64,000 nucleotides of DNA from positions 320,001-384,000 of the forward strand of contig CAVSPA010000006.1 in the NCBI GenBank assembly GCA_963729715.1, written 5' to 3'. Source of the stretch: an uncultured delta proteobacterium. Lineage in GTDB: Bacteria; Desulfobacterota; Syntrophia; Syntrophales; UBA2185. A model generated the notes under the pieces. The model was not told where the DNA came from. It made no database searches and worked only from the letters and a program-made list of their open reading frames with translations. Positions 18,167 through 28,423 of the stretch are shown one piece after another (position 1 is the stretch's first letter; each line of letters starts with the position of its first letter). The translations under genes were made by a program, and so were the position numbers.

Positions 18167-19761
18167 TCAAGGGGAAGAAACCTGTGGAGATAGAACTGAA
18201 GCTCGTTCTCACCGGTAAGGACGCGGAGTCGGCAATTGTCGCTAAAATGCGCGAACACAATTACACAGTCACGGAACTCGACGAAGTAAGAAATGTTGAC
18301 ATCTATCTGGACACGTTTGACTGGCTGCTCATGAAGAGCAAGCTCGCGCTGCGATACCGCGTAACGGATGGTGCAGCGATGTACACAATCAAGAGCATCG
18401 AGACAATTGGAGGCGGGATCGCAAAAAGGATGGAAATGGAAGTGCCCCTCAAGGCGCCTGTCGATGCCCCAGCGGAGATTCATATAAAACAGATCACGGA
18501 ACGTATCGATCCTGTTATTTATCCACGGAAACTCCTCGAACATATTCAGATTCGCACGGCACGCCGGCGTTACCGTGTCCTTGCACCGAAAGGAACAGAA
18601 ATAGAGCTTGTCTTTGACGTTTCCAGCTTCACTTTGCTGGGCCTCTATAAGCGACAACGGGCGCAACAGCTCCAAGAGATGGAGGCGGAGATCATCGACG
18701 GTTCGGAGACCGCATTGAAGTCACTCGCGTTGCTTCTCACCCGTGAATTTCCCTATCAGCCGTCAACCGCATCGAAGCTGGAGGTTGCAATCGATCGTCT
18801 CAAGGTTGTGATCCCTTCAAAGAAGCCGCCTGAGAAACTCAGGGTTCGACTCGATGACCGTCTTGACCTTATCGTTCATAAAATTCTGCATTATCAATTT
18901 AACCGCTTTCGTGAACAAATTACCGGTGTAAAGCTTGATATAGATACGGAATTTGTGCATCAGGCTCGCGTTGCGACGCGGCGGATGCGTTCAGCTCTGC
19001 GTCTGTTTCGCTATGCGCTCCCTCACGCCACGGGCTCTTACCTTGAAGGCGAATTGAAATGGCTTGGCGAAACGTTCGGAGCTGTGCGCGATCTTGATGT
19101 TTTTCTTTTGAATCTATCCCTGTTCAGAGAGAGGATAAGATATTGTCCTGGAAAAAAGAAGAAGGTTTTTGAGGAGTGGATCGAGAAGCACCGCCGCACG
19201 CCGGTTAAAGTTCTCCAGCATGCACTTGAATCGCCTCGGTATGAAAGTTTTGAGCGGCGTCTTATTAGGTTCTTTGAAGGCCCTCTGCCCGCGCATCCAC
19301 GGGCGACGCAGGCACTGAAACTGGTGAGTGACATTGCCCCTATGATAATAACCGAAAAATTTCACAACGTCATTGAGCAGGGATGTGCCGTTCTCGAAAA
19401 CCCGAAACTTAAGGAGTTTCACCGTCTGAGAATCCAGATGAAGCGGCTCCGCTATACATGTGAATTCATGGCGCCTGCGTATGATGGCGCGCTTGACCCG
19501 TTTATTGACCGAACGGTCGAACTGCAAGACTGCCTTGGAGAGATCCAGGATACCGTTTTCACTAGGTCATTCATCGATTTCCTGCGAGATGAGTGGAAGG
19601 GGAAGATCGTTGACCCTGAGCTCTTGTTTATCTTAGGAGAGATCTATCAACTCCAAGCGGATATCGAACGAGATCGACGTGAAAGGTTTAGCAAGATATG
19701 GGAACAGTTTTCCTCCGAAGAAACGGTTGCTTTGCTTCGGGAAGCTGGCCTGTCCCCCTGA
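18163..19761 (+). CDS. CYTH + CHAD domain protein (YgiF-like triphosphatase / polyP-binding)
   Basis: EIELKL, DIYLDT, ALRYR, EMEAE (CYTH); H..RV..RR.RS, RDLDV, H.LRI..K.LRY, QD.LG..QD (CHAD); ATGA overlap. Confidence 0.9.
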   Translation: MIKGKKPVEIELKLVLTGKDAESAIVAKMREHNYTVTELDEVRNVDIYLDTFDWLLMKSKLALRYRVTDGAAMYTIKSIETIGGGIAKRMEMEVPLKAPVDAPAEIHIKQITERIDPVIYPRKLLEHIQIRTARRRYRVLAPKGTEIELVFDVSSFTLLGLYKRQRAQQLQEMEAEIIDGSETALKSLALLLTREFPYQPSTASKLEVAIDRLKVVIPSKKPPEKLRVRLDDRLDLIVHKILHYQFNRFREQITGVKLDIDTEFVHQARVATRRMRSALRLFRYALPHATGSYLEGELKWLGETFGAVRDLDVFLLNLSLFRERIRYCPGKKKKVFEEWIEKHRRTPVKVLQHALESPRYESFERRLIRFFEGPLPAHPRATQALKLVSDIAPMIITEKFHNVIEQGCAVLENPKLKEFHRLRIQMKRLRYTCEFMAPAYDGALDPFIDRTVELQDCLGEIQDTVFTRSFIDFLRDEWKGKIVDPELLFILGEIYQLQADIERDRRERFSKIWEQFSSEETVALLREAGLSP

Positions 19762-19905
19762 AACCAGTCCTGTTCTCACGGAAATATTTCAGCATAATTT
19801 TATTTCCCAGTGCAGATGACCCGCCTGCTATGGTTGTCTCACTAAAATATTTACCGTCCCGCACATCATATGCTTACGGGAGTGTTGTCAAGACTTTGAG
19901 CAAAA

Positions 19906-19959
19906 TTAGCAAAACCTTCATCATTCCTTAACGAATTTGAAACATTTTATATGTATTAT
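19906..19959 (+). promoter_or_regulatory. Pho-box-like four-unit direct repeat plus -10 element upstream of pstS
   Basis: TTAGCA(19906), TTCATC(19917), TTAACG(19928), GAAACA(19939) at 11-bp period; TATTAT at 19954-19959. Confidence 0.65.
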
Positions 19960-20111
19960 ACGGTCAAAGATAAGTTCCTTCATAATCGAAGCACCACAGA
20001 TTTATCTAATTTGATTGTAGGAGGGTCTTTTTTGCAGTCTTCGGGGCAAACGATGAAAAATATCCCCAAGAAATTTAGAAAATAAAGTAAAATTGAATGG
20101 AGGTTTCAGAA

Positions 20112-20963
20112 ATGGTAAAAAAATTGTTGGCGTTCGGTTTGATATGGCTGATTTTTGGTACAAATCTGGCAGTTGCCGCGGAAAACGTTGTCATCAAGGG
20201 ATCGACAACAGTTTTGCCCATCGCGCAGGGGGCATTGGAGGCCTACATGAAGGCGCATCCCGGAGTGAATATATCTCTTTCCGCTGGCGGCTCAGGAGAC
20301 GGGATCAAGGCCCTCATTGACAAGTCTACAGACATTGCAAACTCATCAAGAGAAATTAAGGACAGCGAAATTACCCTTGCCAAAGAGAAAGGAGTGAATC
20401 CTGTTGCTCACACGATTGCGATTGATGCGTTGACGCCTATTGTTCACCCGAAGAATAAAGTTAATGGACTGACAATTGATCAACTGAGTCAGATCTATCA
20501 GGGCAAGATCACAAACTGGAAAGAGGTCGGCGGCGAAGATCTCGCGATCATTGTTGTGTCGAGGGACAGCAGTTCAGGCACCTTTGAAGCTTGGGGACAT
20601 CTGGTTCTCCACAATGCGAAAGTGACTCCCAAGGCCCAATTACAGGCGTCAAACGGCGCAGTTGTTCAGGCGATTTCCAAGAACAGATATGCGATCGGAT
20701 ACGTGGGTATGGGTTACGTTAACAAGGCGGTTAAGGGATTGACCGTCAATGGGATTCCCGCTTCGGAAAAAACGGCCCTTTCCAAGAAGTATCCCATTGC
20801 AAGACCATTGTACATGTATACTAACGGGCAACCCGGAGGTGTTGTTGCCGACTTTATCAAGTTCGTGCTGAGTCCCGCCGGACAAAAACTGGTCGCCAAA
20901 GAGGGATTTATTCCTTTAGCGGGCGAGGCAAAAGAAAAACCGTCAAGAAAAGGCAAGAAATAA
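20112..20963 (+). CDS. pstS: Phosphate ABC transporter substrate-binding protein
   Basis: Signal peptide, GSTTV, GGSG.GI, NSSR, SR..SSGT, YPIARPLY; SD GGAGG supports ATG 20112. Confidence 0.95.
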   Translation: MVKKLLAFGLIWLIFGTNLAVAAENVVIKGSTTVLPIAQGALEAYMKAHPGVNISLSAGGSGDGIKALIDKSTDIANSSREIKDSEITLAKEKGVNPVAHTIAIDALTPIVHPKNKVNGLTIDQLSQIYQGKITNWKEVGGEDLAIIVVSRDSSSGTFEAWGHLVLHNAKVTPKAQLQASNGAVVQAISKNRYAIGYVGMGYVNKAVKGLTVNGIPASEKTALSKKYPIARPLYMYTNGQPGGVVADFIKFVLSPAGQKLVAKEGFIPLAGEAKEKPSRKGKK

Positions 20964-20970
20964 AATATCG

Positions 20971-21858
20971 ATGTCCAGACATCTCAAGGAAGCCGTCATC
21001 AAGAGTATTTTTGCGTCTTTTGCATTCGTGTCTGTTCTTACTCTGGCGCTCATCGTTGTTTTCCTTTTCCGCGAGGGGATACCTATATTCAAGGAAATTT
21101 CCGTTACCGATTTCCTATTTGGAAAGGAATGGTATCCCACGTATGATCCTCCCTCTTACGGGATATGGCCTCTGATAATTGGATCCGCGGTTGTTACCAT
21201 ATTCTCCTGTCTGATTGCCGTTCCTATGGGGGTTCTTTCCGCTGTTTACATTTCTGAAATCGCGCCCGCTTCTATCAAAGACGTTACGAAGTCGATAATA
21301 GAACTCTTGGCAGGGATTCCCTCGGTAGTCCTTGGTTTCTTCGGTATGGTCGTAGTTGCCCCCTTTCTCCAGGAAACGTTTGATCTCCCGACGGGTCTTA
21401 ACATTTTGAATGCTTCCGTAATTCTGGCGATCATGGCAATACCTACAATTTCGAGCATCTCGGAGGATGCCCTTTATGCCGTGCCCCAGGAGTTCAAGGA
21501 AGCATCGTATGCCCTTGGTGCTACGAAATACGAAACTATAACTAAGGTCATCATGCCAGCTGCGCTCTCGGGAATTTCCACGGCCGTGATCCTCGGTATG
21601 GCAAGGGCTATTGGTGAAACTATGGTTGTGCTGATGGTGGCCGGTGGCGCGGCAGCCATTCCGGAAAGTATCTTTGATTCCGTTAGACCAATGCCGGCCT
21701 CCATTGCCGCGGAGATGGGGGAGGCACCCTTCGGCAGCGGGCATTACCATGCTCTTTTTGCCACTGGTATTGTCCTATTTTTTTTAACCCTGATTTTTAA
21801 TCTCATTGCCGATTATATTTCCCAGAAATTCAAAGAAGTGGGATCAGCTACACTGTAA
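20971..21858 (+). CDS. pstC: Phosphate ABC transporter permease
   Basis: ELLAGIPSVV.G, EAS.ALGAT, RAIGETMVV. Confidence 0.95.
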   Translation: MSRHLKEAVIKSIFASFAFVSVLTLALIVVFLFREGIPIFKEISVTDFLFGKEWYPTYDPPSYGIWPLIIGSAVVTIFSCLIAVPMGVLSAVYISEIAPASIKDVTKSIIELLAGIPSVVLGFFGMVVVAPFLQETFDLPTGLNILNASVILAIMAIPTISSISEDALYAVPQEFKEASYALGATKYETITKVIMPAALSGISTAVILGMARAIGETMVVLMVAGGAAAIPESIFDSVRPMPASIAAEMGEAPFGSGHYHALFATGIVLFFLTLIFNLIADYISQKFKEVGSATL

Positions 21859-21879
21859 AGGGGAAAGGGAGTTTATCCT

Positions 21880-22758
21880 ATGCAGGATGCGCTGCAGACG
21901 TCAATGAAATTTCGATATTTCAAACAGCAGGTGTTTTTTACCGTCGTTAGCTTGTCGGCGCTGCTGATCGCGCTGGCTCTCGGCGGTCTTATTGCTTACA
22001 TCGTTGTCAATGGGATATCAGCCATCAGTTGGGATTTTCTCACGCTCCCGCCAACGGATTCCATGACAAAGGGCGGTATCATGCCTGCCATCTTAGGTAC
22101 ACTCTATCTCACGATCGGCGCAATAGCCGTTGCACTTCCTCTTGGCGTGGCTTCGGCAATCTATATCACTGAATATGCGAAACAAGGTAAATTTGTCAGG
22201 CTGGTCCGCATTGGCATAAATTGTTTAGCCGGAGTTCCTTCGGTTGTATTCGGATTGTTCGGACTCGGGTTCTTTGTTGTTTTTCTGCATTTTGGATCAT
22301 GCATTCTTTCCGGCGCGTTAACACTTGGCGTCCTCGTCCTGCCGACAATCATCGGGGCATCGGAAGAGGCCTTGAAATCAGTCCCACAAACGTTCCGGGA
22401 GGCCTCACTGTCCCTCGGGGTATCCAAATGGCAGACTATTTACAAGATTGTTTTGCCGACAGCATTGCCCGGGATACTGACAGGGTCGATCTTGGGCATC
22501 GGCAGGGCGGCAGGGGAAACAGCACCGATCATGTTTACTGCGGCGGCGTTCTTTACAGCGAAGCTGCCCGATTCCATTTTTGACGAAGTCATGGCTCTCC
22601 CCTACCACGTCTACGTACTTGCTACAGCGGGTACCCACATAGAACAGACGAGACCGATACAATATGGGACGGTGCTCGTTCTTGTTGGACTCGTTTTGGG
22701 AGTCGATCTCATTGCGATTGTCATCAGGAGTTATGTTAGGAAGAAAAAAAGGTGGTAA
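21880..22758 (+). CDS. pstA: Phosphate ABC transporter permease
   Basis: [29 protein letters not shown]. Confidence 0.95.
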   Translation: MQDALQTSMKFRYFKQQVFFTVVSLSALLIALALGGLIAYIVVNGISAISWDFLTLPPTDSMTKGGIMPAILGTLYLTIGAIAVALPLGVASAIYITEYAKQGKFVRLVRIGINCLAGVPSVVFGLFGLGFFVVFLHFGSCILSGALTLGVLVLPTIIGASEEALKSVPQTFREASLSLGVSKWQTIYKIVLPTALPGILTGSILGIGRAAGETAPIMFTAAAFFTAKLPDSIFDEVMALPYHVYVLATAGTHIEQTRPIQYGTVLVLVGLVLGVDLIAIVIRSYVRKKKRW

Positions 22759-23522
22759 TTGTGGAAGGCAACAGTATAATCGAATTGCGGAATGTGAATT
22801 TTTTCTACGGAAAGGTTAGGGCATTGACCGACATCACTATGGATTTTGCGAAGAACCGGGTTACCGCCCTGATAGGCCCCTCCGGCTGTGGCAAGTCCAC
22901 ACTATTGAGGCTCCTCAATCGCATGAATGATCTCATTGATGGAACCAGGGTCGAGGGAGAAATTATTTTTGAAGGCGCAAATATTTATAATCCCGATGTC
23001 GATCCCGTCGACGTCCGGAGAAAGATCGGCATGGTTTTTCAAAAGCCCAATCCGTTTCCGAAGTCGATATTCAGCAATATAGCTTATGCCCCGAGACTTG
23101 CGGGGATTAATAAGAGAAATGATCTGGAATTACTCGTTGAAGAGAGCCTGAAACAGGCAGTCCTATGGGAAGAGGTGAAAGATATTCTGGATAAATCTGC
23201 CATGACGCTCTCGGGGGGGCAGCAGCAGCGCCTGTGCATCGCCAGAGCCCTCGCTATGAAACCGGATATAGTCCTCATGGATGAACCGACATCAGCGCTC
23301 GATCCTATATCAACAGCAAAAATTGAAGAGTTGATCAACGAATTGAGGAAGAAATATACCATTATCATTGTTACACATAATATGCAGCAGGCAGCCCGCG
23401 TTTCATCGAAAGCTGGTTTCTTCTATTTAGGGAAGCTTATCGAATATAACGCCACGGAAAAAATCTTTACCAATCCGGATGTGAAACAGACGGAAGACTA
23501 TATTACAGGGAGATTTGGCTGA
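22752..23522 (+). CDS. pstB: Phosphate ABC transporter ATPase
   Basis: [45 protein letters not shown]. Confidence 0.97.
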   Translation: MVIVEGNSIIELRNVNFFYGKVRALTDITMDFAKNRVTALIGPSGCGKSTLLRLLNRMNDLIDGTRVEGEIIFEGANIYNPDVDPVDVRRKIGMVFQKPNPFPKSIFSNIAYAPRLAGINKRNDLELLVEESLKQAVLWEEVKDILDKSAMTLSGGQQQRLCIARALAMKPDIVLMDEPTSALDPISTAKIEELINELRKKYTIIIVTHNMQQAARVSSKAGFFYLGKLIEYNATEKIFTNPDVKQTEDYITGRFG

Positions 23523-23636
23523 TCGGGGAATTGCAAAATTTTTCCCCGGCTGCGCAAGGATGAGGCGAAATGACAGAGTAGAAATTTCCGGGAACGATAA
23601 ATTGCTGAAGATGATTTAAAGGTATGGAGATTACAG

Positions 23637-24329
23637 ATGGATGAAAAAATGCATACAAGTACCCACTACGACAAAGAGCTCCGCGAGGTCAAGGAGGGTC
23701 TCATTTATTTAGGAGCACTAGTAGAAAAGGCAATTGAACTTGCAACGGAGGCCCTTGTGGATAGGAATACAGAGCTGGCCCGCAAGGTAGTATGCGATGA
23801 TAATGTCATAGATCAGCTTGATGTGGAAATCGAGGAAAAGTGTATCCGCATGCTGGCTTTAAGGCAGCCGACAGCGAAGGACCTGAGGTTCATCACGACA
23901 GCTATTAAGATAAATGGTCATCTGGAGAGGATAGGCGACATGGCGGCAAACATCGCTGAGAAGTCGATTATCTTAAGTGAAGAGCCACCAATGAAGCCTT
24001 ATATCGATATTCCCCGGATGGCGGAGATTGCCCGTCGAATGATAAAGGAGAGCCTCGATGCCCTCGTGAAGGAGGATACTGATCTGGCGCGCAAGGTCCG
24101 GATGGAGGATGAAACTATGGATAACCTCAATGAGCAGATTTTCCGAGAACTCCTCACCTTCATGCTGGAAGATCCCAAGAAGATACACAGGGCTCTCATA
24201 ATCATGCAGATTTCCAAGAGACTCGAGCGTATATCCGATCATGCCGTGGGTATTGCAGACATGGTCATGTATATGGTGACGGGAAAAATTATTAGGCACG
24301 AATCAACCACCTGTCAGGCTTCGGAGTGA
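23637..24329 (+). CDS. phoU: Phosphate signalling protein PhoU
   Basis: RQP.A.DLR, LERIGD, LERISDHA repeats. Confidence 0.95.
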   Translation: MDEKMHTSTHYDKELREVKEGLIYLGALVEKAIELATEALVDRNTELARKVVCDDNVIDQLDVEIEEKCIRMLALRQPTAKDLRFITTAIKINGHLERIGDMAANIAEKSIILSEEPPMKPYIDIPRMAEIARRMIKESLDALVKEDTDLARKVRMEDETMDNLNEQIFRELLTFMLEDPKKIHRALIIMQISKRLERISDHAVGIADMVMYMVTGKIIRHESTTCQASE

Positions 24330-24333
24330 CCGA

Positions 24334-26097
24334 TTGAAGAACCGCCTATTATACAGGATTTCCGCCGGCTATGTCGCGCTGATACTCGTAACCGCCATAG
24401 TCATGGGATTGATGTATGCCCGGCAGATCAAGACTGAATTAATAGACGGGATTAAGAATGACCTGATTGCTCAAGCACGAATCGCCGCATTATTAGGGAT
24501 TAGCGATATAGCAAGGAACTCGTCACATCTGGCCGATATATCCCGCTCCCGTGTTACCCTGATTGATGCCACGGGCCGGGTCAAAGCGGATTCAGAGAAA
24601 GACTTGGGGCAGATGGATAGTCACCTGAACCGGCCGGAAATACAGGAAGCGAGGATCAAGGGACAGGGGGATGCTATTCGTTACAGCCGTACACTTGGTG
24701 TAGACATGCTCTACATCGCCTTTCCGGTTACAGAAGGCTCTGAAGTTACGGGTTACATACGATTTGCCCGCCCGCTATTCGAAGTTAGAAAATCCATTGA
24801 TCAGCAGTACACCTATATTTATAAGTGTCTGCTGATCGCCATCATTCCTGCCTTCATCATCGCATTTCTTTTGGCGAGAAAACTGATATCGCCAATCGAG
24901 AAAGTAATTTCATATACACACAAGGTTTGTAGCGGTGAGGCATCAGGAACACTTCTGATTGAGTCAAATGATGATGTCGGGCAACTGGAAAAAGACATCA
25001 ATCGCATGGTGCTTGAAAATCAGGAAAGGGTGAGGGTTGCCGATCAGGAGAAGGCGAAACTTGAAGCGGCCTTTGCCAGCATGACGGAGGGAGTTCTTGT
25101 AATCAACAATCAGAACCGCATCGAGTTTCTCAACAAGAGTCTGGAAACGATCCTCGGGGACGAAGGCATCACTGACATCCTGGATAAGACGCCGCTTGAG
25201 GCATTCAGGAATGTGGAGCTGCAGGATGCACTTGACTCATTCAGAGAATCCGGAGGACCTGTGTTCCGTGAGATCAGCCTCGGACAGGAAGCGCCGGTTA
25301 TCCTCGATGTCACCATATCAGCCATTCATGGACTGCCGGAAGGGAAACAAAAGACGATGATGGTATTTCACGACGTCACGCGTCTTAAGAAACTGGAAAA
25401 GATACGAGAGGACTTCGTGGCTAATGTTACCCACGAGATCAAGACACCACTTACGGCAATCATAGGATTTATTGAGACCCTTGAGGACGGCGCCATCAAT
25501 GACGAAGCAACGGCGAAAAAATTTCTTCACATAGTTTCCGAGAATGCCCATCGCCTTGGAAGGCTGGTGGATGATCTGCTGGTTCTTTCCAGCATCGAGC
25601 TGGGAGAGATGAAATTGAGGATCGAAAATATCTCCGTAGCCGATGCCATCGAGAACGTGTTGTCCATGTTCGAGACGAAAGCGGCGGATAAATCCCTCGC
25701 TATTGATAAAAATATTTCCGATAGACTCCCTTTCATCAAGGTAGACAGGGATAAATTCGCACAGATTCTTGTGAACATCCTCGATAATGCCATCAAATTT
25801 ACGCCAAGTGGCGGAAAGATTTACATTTCTGCGCGCCAAGATGAAAATGGTTTTGTGGTCATCAAAGTGATCGACACGGGGGTAGGTATACCAAAAAATG
25901 AAATTCCCAGGCTTGGAGAACGGTTCTATCGGGTGGACAAGGCACGTTCGCGGGAGTTGGGAGGCACCGGTCTGGGTTTGTCAATAGTGAAACATCTCAT
26001 GAAGGCCCATAAAGGCAGCATCGATATCGAAAGTCAGGTGGGAAGAGGTACAACGATTTCTCTCACTTTTCCCCAGAATGGGATCCCGAAAACATAA
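24334..26097 (+). CDS. phoR: Phosphate regulon sensor histidine kinase
   Basis: TM-sensor-TM-HAMP-PAS; DFVANVTHEIKTPLT, NILDNAIK, ERFYRVDKARSR..GGTGLGL; directly follows phoU; TTG start. Confidence 0.9.
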   Translation: MKNRLLYRISAGYVALILVTAIVMGLMYARQIKTELIDGIKNDLIAQARIAALLGISDIARNSSHLADISRSRVTLIDATGRVKADSEKDLGQMDSHLNRPEIQEARIKGQGDAIRYSRTLGVDMLYIAFPVTEGSEVTGYIRFARPLFEVRKSIDQQYTYIYKCLLIAIIPAFIIAFLLARKLISPIEKVISYTHKVCSGEASGTLLIESNDDVGQLEKDINRMVLENQERVRVADQEKAKLEAAFASMTEGVLVINNQNRIEFLNKSLETILGDEGITDILDKTPLEAFRNVELQDALDSFRESGGPVFREISLGQEAPVILDVTISAIHGLPEGKQKTMMVFHDVTRLKKLEKIREDFVANVTHEIKTPLTAIIGFIETLEDGAINDEATAKKFLHIVSENAHRLGRLVDDLLVLSSIELGEMKLRIENISVADAIENVLSMFETKAADKSLAIDKNISDRLPFIKVDRDKFAQILVNILDNAIKFTPSGGKIYISARQDENGFVVIKVIDTGVGIPKNEIPRLGERFYRVDKARSRELGGTGLGLSIVKHLMKAHKGSIDIESQVGRGTTISLTFPQNGIPKT

Positions 26098-26111
26098 AAA
26101 TGAGAAAAAAC

Positions 26112-26165
26112 TGAAGGGGAAAGAGTCTTTTTTACTAAAAAAATGCTCTTTTCCCTCATTTTTTT
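26112..26165 (+). terminator. Possible intrinsic terminator after phoR
   Basis: Imperfect stem GGGGAAAGAG...CTCTTTTCCC followed by a T run. Confidence 0.4.
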
Positions 26166-26186
26166 GATAAATCTGTTCAAAACGTC

Positions 26187-26214
26187 TTGACATGAGGGAA
26201 TTTGTGTATATTTT
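26187..26214 (+). promoter_or_regulatory. Putative sigma70-type promoter of groESL
   Basis: TTGACA at 26187-26192, 16-bp spacer, TATTTT. Confidence 0.5.
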
Positions 26215-26297
26215 ACAGCCAAACTGATCAACGGATATAATTCCCTGACAAAAAATATCAAAAAACATTAAAAATTAAGGAAAGGAGAGATGAGGTC

Positions 26298-26588
26298 ATG
26301 AAGATTAGGCCATTACAGGATCGCGTGATTATCAAGAGGTTAGAGGAAGAACAGAAAACAAAAGGCGGGATTATTATCCCCGACACGGCCAAGGAAAAGC
26401 CAATAGAGGGCGAGGTTGTAGCCGTAGGCAAGGGAAAGACCACAGAAGACGGTAAGCTGGTAAAGCCCGACGTCAAAGCGGGAGATAGGATTCTCTTCAG
26501 TAAGTATGCCGGTACGGAAGTCAAGATCGACGGCGTAGAACATCTCATCATGAGAGAAGACGATATATTGGGAATCATTGAAAAGTAA
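26298..26588 (+). CDS. groES: Co-chaperonin GroES
   Basis: [32 protein letters not shown]. Confidence 0.98.
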   Translation: MKIRPLQDRVIIKRLEEEQKTKGGIIIPDTAKEKPIEGEVVAVGKGKTTEDGKLVKPDVKAGDRILFSKYAGTEVKIDGVEHLIMREDDILGIIEK

Positions 26589-26616
26589 TAATATGATCAT
26601 AAGGAGGATATGTTAG

Positions 26617-28251
<1,635 letters not shown>

Positions 28252-28277
28252 GAGGTTCTTAATCTTATCTTATTGTG

Positions 28278-28312
28278 AAAAAGCCCCCTGTTTTACGGCA
28301 GGGGGCTTTTTT
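28278..28312 (+). terminator. Rho-independent terminator of groESL (bidirectional form)
   Basis: AAAAA-GCCCCCTG-N8-CAGGGGGC-TTTTTT. Confidence 0.9.
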
Positions 28313-28320
28313 AGTTCTGC

Positions 28321-28349
28321 TTGAAAGAGGTTAGTTTCTGTGATAGCCT
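28321..28349 (+). promoter_or_regulatory. Putative sigma70 promoter of the ileS operon
   Basis: TTGAAA-N17-TAGCCT with extended -10 TG. Confidence 0.5.
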
Positions 28350-28423
28350 CTCCGACTACCAATTTGCCCATAACTATATTAATCATATAAAATCATTGAT
28401 TATGAAGAGTTGAGGATTTCAGC

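Noticed and set aside
26098..26297. CIRCE element for groESL
   Set aside because: Consensus inverted repeat not present.
28313..28423. T-box leader for ileS
   Set aside because: Leader too short and no T-box motif.
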